This document shows positions 13,839 through 25,073 of a DNA stretch of 64,000 nucleotides, in pieces. A program made the position numbers and the translations under genes. How positions within the stretch are numbered: the first letter of the stretch is position 1; every line of letters begins with the position of its first letter. The notes beneath the pieces are model-generated. The model made no database searches and was not told where the DNA came from. It was given only the letters and a program-made list of their open reading frames with translations. Source of the stretch: Antedon mediterranea (taxonomy: Eukaryota; Animalia; Echinodermata); the NCBI RefSeq assembly GCF_964355755.1, contig NC_092670.1:23856795-23920794 (forward strand), in the 5' to 3' direction.

Positions 13839-15500
13839 TCTGTGCTTTGATTGGTCAATCAACACCTATCTTGAAATAGATATCTCTCACTGTATATTAC
13901 TAATTACGGTCAGTGACGTACAGATATAAAAAAAAAATAAACAAAAGGTAATTTTAAACGTTTATATTTATACGCATAATTTAGCTTCTGTGGCATAATC
14001 AGTGAAACACTTGTCTTGTCATAAAAAAAAAAGCTGTCATAGTTCGAATTCCATTGTAGGTTTATATCACACGATGGGATAATATCTGCTGATAACTAGT
14101 TTATGTAGGCTATATATCATGTTCTTATTTGAAGACTGTATTTTTTTTGTGTTTAATTTGTGTACAGTACATACAGTACTATACATACACAATTATATAG
14201 AACACTCCTTTTGGATAACTCTATACAAGTGACACCCTTGTGAAACAAATGATAAGTGAGCACTATATGTTGCAGACTACACTGTTTAGTGTATGAAGAG
14301 GACATTTTGTTATGTCTTAAATGTGTCCTCTTAATAGAGGTTATACTGTATTTTTAAATACACATCATTAAAGTTAACTTCCTTATGCTATATAGCCACT
14401 TTGAACAGTATAAAATTATAATTTTTTTACCAGACATCAAAGATAAAAAAAAAGCAACTTGAACAAGTTTCCAAAGTATAATTTGCAAATAGACGGTTGA
14501 CCTTTAATATCAGATAACTACCATTAATATCCTCGTTTACGCAAGAGGAGTCCAAATACTGTTATACTTTGGATATAAAGACTAACAATAGTCAATACTG
14601 ATAGTTCCCCTTATAAAAGAAAAACTATGATTCAGTACTTGATATGCATTATAAATGGCAATGATAGGGAAAAGCATGCATTAGGAATTGGAAAATATTA
14701 ATAAATGAGAATTGACTTTCCCATGCAATATTCTATTCTAAGGTCTAATTTTATGGTAAAAAATGCAAATTATGTAAATCCGATTAAAAAAAATGCAATA
14801 TTGAATGCAAGCTTTAGGCAAACAACAATTGTTTAAAAGTCGGTAAACTAGATTTTATTCTCATCAAATTAATAATAAACAGTATGGAAGGTTGACATGT
14901 AGATTGGGAAGGGGGAGGGGGAAATGAGGAGGGGTAAGTATTAAATATTCAGATGCCTCACATAACCTTTTCATCTGTAATTCAATTGATACATATAGAA
15001 TGCAATAAACATCCAGGCCAATCATTTGAAGCAACATCAATCATCCACGACGCTAATAAATTAAAGTATGGTATCATACTTGTATTGATATGTACATGGT
15101 GCTACCACTTAGGTCAAACATAGGGAAGCATATTGATTTATAAGTGAAACATTATGTTGCCAGTCAGTAATTAGATTCAACTAGCAAAGTAAATATACCT
15201 ACTTTAAAAATGGACTGTTCTAAGTTAATGAGGACATTGGATATGGATAGTGAATCTCATCATCTTTTTCAGATGATAATTTCAATATGTGCATTACTAC
15301 TGATGGAAAATTGAACTTCAATATTTCAATAACATGCTTTCAACATAATGTCACTGCATAGAAAATAATTACTAATTGACTAAATAGATCATCAGTTGGC
15401 AATATACACCTCGTTGTTGTATGTAGACTACATATGGTTGAGATCTTTTGAATATTTCCAGGAAGCTAGTTAATACTACTTACTGCAAAACATCCCACAC

Positions 15501-17858
15501 TGGGGTAGCACTAACATTTCATTTTGTTTAGCCATTTGGCGAAAGTCAAAATATTTTTTTTAGTCAAATCAGTTTATCTATAGCCAAAATGGCTAAAGTA
15601 AAATTTTTTTATTTAGCCAAATGAATCGGTTTATAGCCAAAATTTAAAATTTTTGAAATATAGTGGTAAAAATATTTTAGTCAATTTATCTATGTCAACA
15701 GGTCTATACACTGTTCCCTGAACATTTTTGTAAGGCATTGAGATAAAGAACCATGCCTAAATCACTGTATGATTAAAAAAAATATTTTTTTTTGTATTTT
15801 TTTTACATGATCAAAACAATTCTTCAAATTGTTTTTAATTATACAGCATTTATACAGTTATCAATTTAATAAGAAACATTTAACAGTTTTCTGAAATCCC
15901 CTGAACGCTATGTTACTTTTGTTTTTTACGCTTGGCTGGTCATGGCGTACCAGGCGAAAATCGTGTCCTAGAATCACCGCCGCGCAGCGGGTTAATGTTT
16001 TTAAATTGGGTATGCTCAAGAGGTGCGAAAGTGCAGAACCGCCGGCCTAGGCCTACAAAATTATGTACAACAACGCAACGGTATATCGTATGCTAAAAAT
16101 ATTGAGGAAAATTCCTAGCAAACGAACACTCGTATCGTTCTTAAAAGTAAGATAATATAGGCCAAAGCACAGAGTACACGTCTTTCCATCCCTCAAGACT
16201 GCGCCGAAGCGTTTCTGTCAGGGCGAGAAATTTCCGATTATTATTTATTTACACAAAACAACACAGAATTAAGCCGGCGACCGGCCCGCGATTTTTTTTT
16301 TCGTACATAAGTTGGGGACCCCTCATGAAACGTCACAAAATAAACATGAATAATTCATCAGTTAAATTATCTTGTTTCGTGTGCACCCAAGCGTATAGCA
16401 ACAAGAAGTGATTACACAACTGCGATACGATACTTTCTACAGTAGGCCTAGGATTCTAAGTCAATTCACGTGATTGCCTTCGCGCACTCTTCTTCACACG
16501 CACACCACTATGCAAAATGTGTCGAGTCGAGGCTAATCGACAGCTAGGCAAGACATTACACTAAGTAGTAATTCATTGGACATAGCCCAAAGAAAGCTTA
16601 GATCCACAAGAATAAGAATGTGTATGATTTGTGTACTTATTTTTTTAATTCTGCTATTTTATTATCAAACAATATGCATGTACTCAAAGGAACTTTAAAA
16701 ATGCGCGTATATTAACACATATGAGATGGGAAGATTAGACCCACGAGAATAAAAAATGTATTTTTGTGTAATGTTTATTGTTTAATTTTGCTGACTTATT
16801 ACTCGGATTGTGTCATACCTACAAACACACGTCACACATACCCACACAGCTACTACTAAAATAGACATGGGTTTAGAGACAAATAATTAGGCCTAATACT
16901 TAATAGTATTAATAGAAACTATAATTTTAACACGTAATTCTTTAGTAATACATTATATTAAAAACACCATAAACTAAAGGCTGATTATTTAAACAATCCA
17001 CACAAAACGCAGCTATTCTTCTATGAAATCGCACGTCGCAACAACAGCGGAGATAGGCCTAGAATCGTACCGCAATACGCTTGGGTGCACACGGAACAGG
17101 AAAATTTAACTACTGATGAATTATTCATGTTTATTTTGTGACGTTTCATGAGGGGGTCCCCAACTTATGTACGAAAAAAAAAATCGCGACCGGCCCCGCT
17201 CAGATGCACGTGTGTGTTTAGCTAAATCCCCGTTAGACTCTACCATTTCCCGCATGTTGTTTTGTTTACACTACTGACGCACGAGGGAAGTTTATTAAGG
17301 CTAAAATATGAAACTACATTAAATTGGAAGACTATAAAATGCATAACGCATACATTTTTGATTTCGATAAGATTAAGACGTCATTCATCGAAGATACTAT
17401 AATGTTTCTTTTTAATCTGAAAAGTACACCCCTATCGAAAAAATAGACAATCCCGGTAATTAGCCGACCGTCGGCTACGTAGTCGATCGTTTGTGCAGCG
17501 CACAACACGTGATAGTTTGGGTAGACTTCATCATCCATGTGTCGTGTAACGTCTTTCTCTCTGTGCAGTCTACCTCTGCTATCCATCTTTTTGAAATAAC
17601 AAAGAGACGCCTGGTACAACGAAACAAGTTTACGAAAAATCGAGCTTGAAGTAAACAACGTGATAACGAACAAAATAAATGCTTGGAGATCGACAAATGG
17701 ACGTTTTAGTTGGACTTTATGCTTTCGCCAAAATGATTATTTAATTATCTATTTTATCATATGTCATCGCCAAAATGGCTAAAGTAGCCGTTTTATTTTT
17801 CGCCAATCTAGAAACGTTTTCGCCCATGGCGACTTGGCGATCGGCCAGTGCGAGCCTA
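15501..17858. mobile_element. Decayed hAT-like element hosting a nested MULE MITE
   Basis: Short imperfect TIR tggggtagcact / agtgcgagccta and subterminal (t/c)gccaaaatgg repeats at both ends. ORF relic 17332-17673(-) QASLCYFKK resembles a transposase N-terminus (inference). No clean 8 bp TSD. Confidence 0.5.
16288..17187. mobile_element. MULE-like MITE (900 bp, ~115 bp TIRs)
   Basis: TIR gcgattttttttttcgtacataagttggggacccctcatgaaacgtcacaaaataaacatgaataattcatcag. 9 bp TSD gaccggccc at 16279-16287 and 17188-17196. Confidence 0.88.
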
Positions 17859-18279
17859 GCCACAGTCGTTTTGTTTGAAAGATGGTTTGATGAGTTATAA
17901 TACATATGTGATCAATGCAGGCATATTTACATTTTTGTGTGGGGTTATAGTATAGTGTGGGGTTATTGCACCAACATAGCAAATATTTACAGATAAAACT
18001 TTCTTAAAACAACCCATTCATTAGGTTGGGGTTGAGGCAATGGAACATTTATAATAACCCTATACTGTATAGCTTAGAGATCATTTACAGATACTGCAGT
18101 CCTAGAAAGCCCATCATCTTTTATTAGAAAAGTTCATATTCATTGTGATTCACTGTTGTACTGTATTCTGTCTCTTTTATGTATGGAACGCCGTTTACGC
18201 AACATTTCGATATGAATTTTATGACGCGATATGTGTATGAAATGCATCGATATGAATTAAATGGTGCGATATATGAATT

Positions 18280-18480
18280 AAATGTTTTGAATTGAATGCT
18301 TTGAATTGAATGTTTTGAATGAAATGTTTTGAATGAAATGTTTTGAATAAATTGTTTTGAATGCAATGTTTTGAATGCAATGTTTTGAATGAAATGTTTT
18401 TAATGAAATGTTTTTAATGAAATGTTTTTAATGAAATGTTTTGAATGAAATGTTTTGAATGAAATGTTTTGAATGAAATG
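18280..18480. repeat. 15 bp tandem repeat (gaatgaaatgttttt/g)n
   Basis: Directly visible array of about 13 units. Confidence 0.9.
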
Positions 18481-18946
18481 AAGTTTCCTTTGGCAACCAT
18501 AGCACTGATTTATATCCATAGGGACTGTGTGAATCAAATCAGTATATTTCCCTATTCATCTCATAAACAAGAACCATGGAGTGGTATGTTGCTATCTTAT
18601 AGTCTAAGTGTTTATTGATTTGACACCCCTGCCTTAACCACTTGGCCATTGACTTAAAAACAATAGTGTACCGGTATCTAACAAGTTGACACATTTATAT
18701 CTCACTGAAGAATTTACAGTCTTTTCTACAACACAGCAACTACTCCAAAGTATCTGACAATAATCAAAATGTCATATTGCAATATTGGCCTGGTGTGTAA
18801 TGGGAATATCACAATGAATAATCATCATCTGAATTATAATGAGTTTAACAGGCCATACCATAAACATTTACAGTTAGTTAACATGAGCTAAACTAGTACT
18901 GTAGGCCTATATAATTTGATTTGCAATGTTGTGTCAATGCGCCATG

Positions 18947-19752
18947 TCATTTTCTATGAACTCTGTATACTGTATTATCTTTCACTGTACAGTATGATAC
19001 CGCACAGTATAAAACCGGTTCCGTCCATGTGCGTTCGTTATGAATGACATCATTATATACACCACAATGCAGTTCGTTAGGCGGAAGCGCGATTTGATCG
19101 AGGTCATGTTTACTTTTTTTCGCATATCGCGATCTCCAAGAAATAGCATCCATTTCATCATAGAAGGGGGAATTATTACCTGAAACGTTATTGTGGTCCT
19201 TGGTTAAAGTATAGGTACGTCGCACCCTCTGATATTGTCAAGTTGAACTCGTCTATTTTTCACACGCTTTACAATATTCTTAAAAACATGTAGGCCTATA
19301 CGTGAGTCTTTCTTCCGACTCCCGACAAGTCCCCTCATCTTCTTTCCTTCACATATTTTTTACGAACCTCGTAATGGCATCGGTCAACATTTTTTAGTTA
19401 AATAAAATACTCACTATCTAGAGAAATAAAAATGACTTAGGCCTGGATCCTATCGCGCGAGTTTGACTGCGAGTTGACAACAATCGTCCCAGTGCAGCAG
19501 ACTGCAGAGTTCAGTTTTTGGGGTCAAATTTAGACCGCGATTGTGTTGCAGCTAAAAATTGCTCCGCGGAAACTGGTTTCAGAACCGTTCTTTGCGATCG
19601 AGACCGCAATCAATTGGGATTTTTTAAACCGTTTTTAAGATCGGTTCTTTTTTGTGGTTTTTTGTGAGGACCCATTTCTGCTGGCAAGAAAAAATGGTTC
19701 TTGAAAAGAACGGTATTCAAAACCGTATTCTCTGCTCTATACAAACAGGCCC
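18947..19752 (-). mobile_element. PIF/Harbinger relic with Myb/SANT(trihelix) ORF fragment
   Basis: Minus-strand TYTLTKDHNNVSGNNSPFYDEMDAI, continuing LGDR after a 1 nt frameshift, is a typical Myb_DNA-bind_4-type C-terminal motif. Terminus gggcctgttt (minus strand) abuts TAA at 19753-19755. Confidence 0.7.
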
Positions 19753-19755
19753 TAA

Positions 19756-20074
19756 GGGACTGTTCAGACCTACAGAGTTATGCTTTCGTATTGTACGTGT
19801 TGCGGTTACTCCTTAGGTCTAAACCCCAAAAAGATCAGTGGAAGCCACCTCTTACGACACTGATCTTTGGTTCGTTATGACAGCTCAAGTTACAAGGTTA
19901 GTGAACGACGCTTATGATACGAAAGTTATGCAACGATTTTGACCGAGGTAACTGATCAAATTTACTCCTGTTCGCCAAAATCGGTGAAACTTCAGTTTCA
20001 ACAAAAGTGTTAGTTATAATATGACAGTTGCTTGCGACACGAAAGCATAACTCCATATAGATCTAAACATACCC
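19756..20074. mobile_element. PIF/Harbinger (Tourist-like) MITE
   Basis: TAA|gggactgttcagacctacagagttatgctttcgt ... acgaaagcataactccatatagatctaaacataccc|TAA. 3 bp TAA TSD. Confidence 0.8.
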
Positions 20075-21185
20075 TAAGCAAAACTAAAAATTAAACTGAA
20101 TAGGACTACAAGGAATCAGTATGTGAGCGATTATCGAAACATGCAACTGATTGTAACTAGTTGTCATTATCATATCACGTATGCGATACTATTCACATTG
20201 CCAACATCAAACAGTCAACTGTAGTATAGCGGTTAAGCATATCATATGTGATTCGAAAGTTTTCAGTTGCATTTATTTCTAAGTTCCAGAAAGGTAGAAC
20301 CATATTCAACTAAACACAACTGCACTTTTGTGCAACTGTGCGTTACTTGGAGTTGCGGTTTTGTTCAGTTGATCAGAGCATTTATGTTGACACAGTTGAG
20401 TTGCGTGGAGTTTTGTATACAAATAGTATAAAAATATTTCTCTTGTCATTATTCGGTAGATACAAACCAAAACCCAAGTAGTAGTAGTATAAGTAGTAGT
20501 AATATAATATATACCATATATGATCAGTTAGGATAAAAATGATATTAAAGAAAACTATTTTCATTAACCATGACAACAATGCATCATATAGGTATGCGTT
20601 CACCATGGATGCTTTAAGGATGTTTAAATTGGGAGTTTAACACAAAAAGTTTATATTAGCTATAGTATGTTGTGTAAACAAGAACTATACTTAGAAGAAT
20701 TAGTAATTAAAACTATTAGATATGGGATCTTTATTGTGGATTTAGGCAGAGGTTAAACAGGTTTAGAACAGCCATGTCTCCCGACGGATCTTTTTTACCA
20801 TTTATGAAATGTTTAGCCCTCATTAATCTATAATGCTGGATCCGTCTCTGTTTATTGAACACAGTCTCATGTTATAAGCATTACAGACATCAAGGGGCAG
20901 TATAAAAAGCAGGGTTGAACCCTCTGTGACATTGGCATTGAACAAATATCTACCTTGAGATCAATATTGCATATCAAAATCAAATATAAGAGAATAAACA
21001 AAGGAATTACACTTTGGATATTTTATCATTGAGAGGAAGTTGATATTATAAGTTTGATATATAAAATGTGGAGGGTATAGTGATTGAAACTAATATTACC
21101 ATAGAGGACATATGGTCCAATAATTATGAATATAATGTTTACATTCACATTGGATTCTGACATATGGCATACAAATAATGAATGT

Positions 21186-21905
21186 TTGGAGTGTGTACGG
21201 GTTGTGGGGGTGGAGTGTGTACAGGTTGTGGGGGTGGAGTGTGTACAGGTTGTGTAGGTGGAGTGTGTACAGGTTGTGCGGGTGGAGTTTGGAAGGGTTG
21301 TGGGGGTGGAGTGTGGACGGGTTGTGGGGGTGGAGTGTGTACAGGTTGTGGGGGTGGAGTGTGTACGGGTTGTGGGGGTGGAGTGTGTACGGGTTGTGGG
21401 GGTGGAGTGTGTACAGGTTGTGGGGGTGGAGTGTGTACGGGTTGTGGGGTGGAGTGTGTACGGGTTGTGGGGGTGGAGTGTGTACGGGTTGTGGGGGTGG
21501 AGTGTGGACGGGTTGTGGGGGTGGAGTGTGTACAGGTTGTGGGGGTGGAGTGTGTACGGGTTGTGGGGGTGGAGTGTGTACGGGTTGTGGGGGTGGAGTG
21601 TGTACAGGTTGTGGGGGTGGAGTGTGTACAGGTTGTGCGGGTGGAGTGTGTACAGGTTTTGCGGGTGGAGTTTTGAAGGGTTGTGTGGGTGGAGTGTGGA
21701 CGGGTTGTGGGGGTGGAGTGTGTACGGGTTGTGCGGGTGGAGTTTGGAAGGGTTGTGTGGGTGGAGTTTGGAAGGGTTGTGTGGGTGGAGTTTGGAAGGG
21801 TTGTGTGGGTGGAGTGTGGACGGGCTGTGGGGGTGGAGTGTGTACGGGTTGTGCGGGTGGAGTTTGGAAGGGTTGTGCGGGTGGAGTGTGGACGGGTTGT
21901 GGAGG
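21186..21905. repeat. G-rich 24 bp minisatellite (~30 copies) in PKC intron 1
   Basis: Unit gtgtacgggttgtgggggtggagt with variants such as ttggaagggttgtgtgggtggagt. It has no stops in most frames, which explains the overlapping ORFs. Confidence 0.95.
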
Positions 21906-22424
21906 TTGACTGAGATTAGAATGTGCCTTTTTAATAGTTGAATGTCGTGAGCTCACATACAACATCTTCCTAAAAATCTCGAAACTTTAGACAATAATAA
22001 AACTTTTAGTTCTTCTATTATGTTATTTTATATACCTGTACAAATATAGTCTGAAAGGTCAGAAATTCCCAAAAGCAAATTATGCAGAATGAAAGGTATC
22101 TAGACAAAGAAGACCCATTGTAAAAGGAATATTGGTAAGTGAACCCTTACATTTGACATTTCATATTATACACTTCAATACATTGCACCTTACTTCTGCA
22201 TTAATTAAACCAGGAATAAATACTTAAGGAAATTCCATTATTACTAGCAGCATTAACAAGATATCAAAAGTGACCCTGACTAAGGATTTAGTTAAAAACA
22301 AACAAATGACCTGAATCGCAAGTATTCTACAATATTCTATTATAATTTTTATTGTCATAATGTTCTGTAAAATATACAATTATTAATCCATAATTCCAAA
22401 ATGTTTTCACCACAGCTAAAGCTC

Positions 22425-23383
22425 TAGTCTGGGTTCCAGACGGAGTTTTGTCTTAATATTAGTAAAAAGATAAATATTTTGGCACATATGGCGTTTCATA
22501 CGTATACTACTTGATTTTGGATACTCCGTCTGGGGAAACACGCACAAGTCACGTGGTTTGACACCAAGAATTCTTGGTGCATACGATTATCCGGTTGATT
22601 AGTTTCAGCTATATGCGATTGGCTACTCACTCGTACACTGTTTTAATATTCATATTTCAAAATTTCAAAGCCTCAACAACTAAGATGATGCGCATGCGCT
22701 ATGTTACGTTTAGACAATGTGTACATTGATGACAGTTTCTGAAGGCTAGAAATGATTTTATATGCCTAGTAGTCTGGTAAACATTTGATGGGATTTTTCC
22801 CAAGAACATGAAAACTCGTCTTGATATGATAGGGTAGCTTCGCCGCAAATCAAACATTGAATGGATCATTTATTACGCGGAGATAATTTTGATTTAATTC
22901 CCACCCAGACCCTGTCCTGTTCTGTATAATGGTGTAGACCTAGCCCTGTTGTGTGCCGGTGGTGGTATGTAGCTAGGCCTACTTTATTGGCGTTTTATTT
23001 GGCAGGTCATACGTGCAAGTTGAGTAGGACCTACGGAGGAGGCCTAGGCCAAGGACTAAACAATTAATAAACAAAACAACTTGGCAACACGATTTTATAT
23101 TTCAACAGTCTCGATTGTACATTCAGCACACTGTACGTACTCGATCTTTTTCATTTTGAAACAAAATGATCATTGGTGGTTGATTCGAAATCCATATTTA
23201 CATACCGCCCGCCCCATATAGCCAAATACGGTATGATAACCTACGTCATTCTTATCGGATGTTTGCGGTCTGCAAATCGATTTCTATACGTGTTTCACAA
23301 GTCTGTATTTTCAGACAAAATTCGCGGTCGAAATAAAAACAAATAAATAAAAAAAAAGATAATACAGACTTGGGGCAAGTCTA
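22425..23383. mobile_element. Non-autonomous TAG...CTA-ended DNA transposon with 9 bp TSD (Academ/AcademH-like)
   Basis: ctaaagctc|tagtctgggttccagac ... gacttggggcaagtcta|ctaaagctc. Internal subterminal palindromes at both ends. Superfamily assignment is inferred. Confidence 0.75.
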
Positions 23384-23512
23384 CTAAAGCTCCAAAGAGT
23401 GCAATTTCAGGAAAAGGTTCATTATTCTCAAAATATTGTTACCGGAGCTCCAACAATTGCGGAATGGGGCCATGGTACTGTATATTAGCGACAGTCTGCT
23501 TATTAAAAATAA

Positions 23513-23821
23513 TGCACTTGTTAATTGTATGACCCACTATACAAACCCCAAGAGAGGTCGTCACTTGTCCGATGTGCATCATACCTTATGAATACCTTGC
23601 GTCAAAAAAGTGATTTACCCTTGGTGACCATGACGCACCCATTTTAACGCATTATGATCATGTTGTTCATGATATAGTGACAGACATTGATACACCATTG
23701 TTGTTGTGACATACCATATGTTTTTTGACGCACCCCTGTGTCAATAATTATTTGTAAATGACGCACCCATGATGCACGTTTCCCGGGGGTTGTATAGTGG
23801 GTCATAAAGTTGACAAGTGCA
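23513..23821. mobile_element. MITE with ~35 bp TIR and TAA TSD (Harbinger-like)
   Basis: taa|tgcacttgttaattgtatgacccactatacaaaccc ... gggttgtatagtgggtcataaagttgacaagtgca|taa. Internal tgacgcacc repeats. Confidence 0.8.
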
Positions 23822-24130
23822 TAAAAGGCTCTGATACTTTATTAATGCTCCGATACTTTATTAATTATGTCCTGCTGGACTCCACCAAAAGGGTAGTCTG
23901 GTATGGGACCTGAGAAAAAGAAACCTTTCTCTCAACAATTCTCTCTGGGCTCTCTGGAAAATTGTTGAGACCAAAGAGAGGCCAAATTATTTAGTTAGGC
24001 CTAAGTAAAATACTAAACCAATTTAGAGATAGTTTAGTTTAGACCTGATCTATAACAGACACCTGTAGCTCTTTCAGAATCAGACTATTGCCACCCGTTG
24101 AGATATCAAAAAGATAAAATAACAACTTAC

Positions 24131-24276
24131 CAAATGAAATCTTTGCAATGACTGCAAAAGGTCGGCTGTTTGAAGTACCGCGCGATAAATTCGTGGTCTT
24201 TGACTTGATGAACATTCTTCTGTCGTAGAGCTCCTCTTCTGGCGAATCCTTTTGGTTTATTTCCAGTAGTGGACAT
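24131..24276 (-). CDS. PRKCA/B-like: Conventional protein kinase C, coding exon 1 (pseudosubstrate + start of C1a); the gene continues beyond the left window edge
   Basis: [48 protein letters not shown](W)|gtaagt matches the cPKC signature [34 protein letters not shown]. Confidence 0.97.
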
Positions 24277-25073
24277 GTTTACAGATATCCCATAAAATGT
24301 TTAAAATGAAAAATGTACAGAGAATTTCGCCCGAACTAGGCCTAGCCTGGGGTTTGTAATCACCTCAGTATCTTCCGCTGATAACGAAGGCTAATGATAA
24401 ACTGTTGAGATACTACCTTTCCCACAGTGTAAACGCAAAGCACTTAACTCACGTTCTCATTATCCCAGCCAACCTGCATAACATTTACCTGGTATATCAC
24501 CGGGGAAGGCACGATTATCAGAACAGGGAGATTTTATCGCATTAAATTCGCCACTGGGTTTCAATTTCATATAATGGTCAAATATAGGAAATAGGAAATA
24601 ATAAAATATTATGAACAGACAGTTTCAACGTTTTATACAATTTGTTTATTTTACCTTTATTGTTTTAAGTGTGGATTACGGGAATTAAGTACAGGGCTCT
24701 GGGACTTTTGGTATTTAAGCCGCTAAGCAATAACATAGGTGGCGCTGTTTAACTTTTATCATCATTCAAAGTAATTTTTTTATCGTTCTTCGCTAGATTC
24801 AGGAGTAATAATAATATGTATTTGGAACAACACTTTTTTAACAGTGGCACACATGCGTAGATGGTACGTCCATACCAATTACAAAATTCAATACAAAAAC
24901 AATGAAAAATAAAAACTGAAACGAAAATAAAACATATTTGAGATAATGACATAAAATTTGACTCGACGCTATTACAAAACTTATTTGCAAACTAAAACTA
25001 CACTAATATACAACTGCTAATTTTGCAACAGCAATGGAAAAGAAAACACTTTTTTTTTTTAAAATAAAACAGT

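Noticed and set aside
21096-21965. 289 aa proline-rich and Cys/Gly-rich (keratin-associated-like) ORFs
   Set aside because: Translations of a 24 bp stop-free minisatellite, open in five frames with an internal 1 nt slip, inside a PKC intron.
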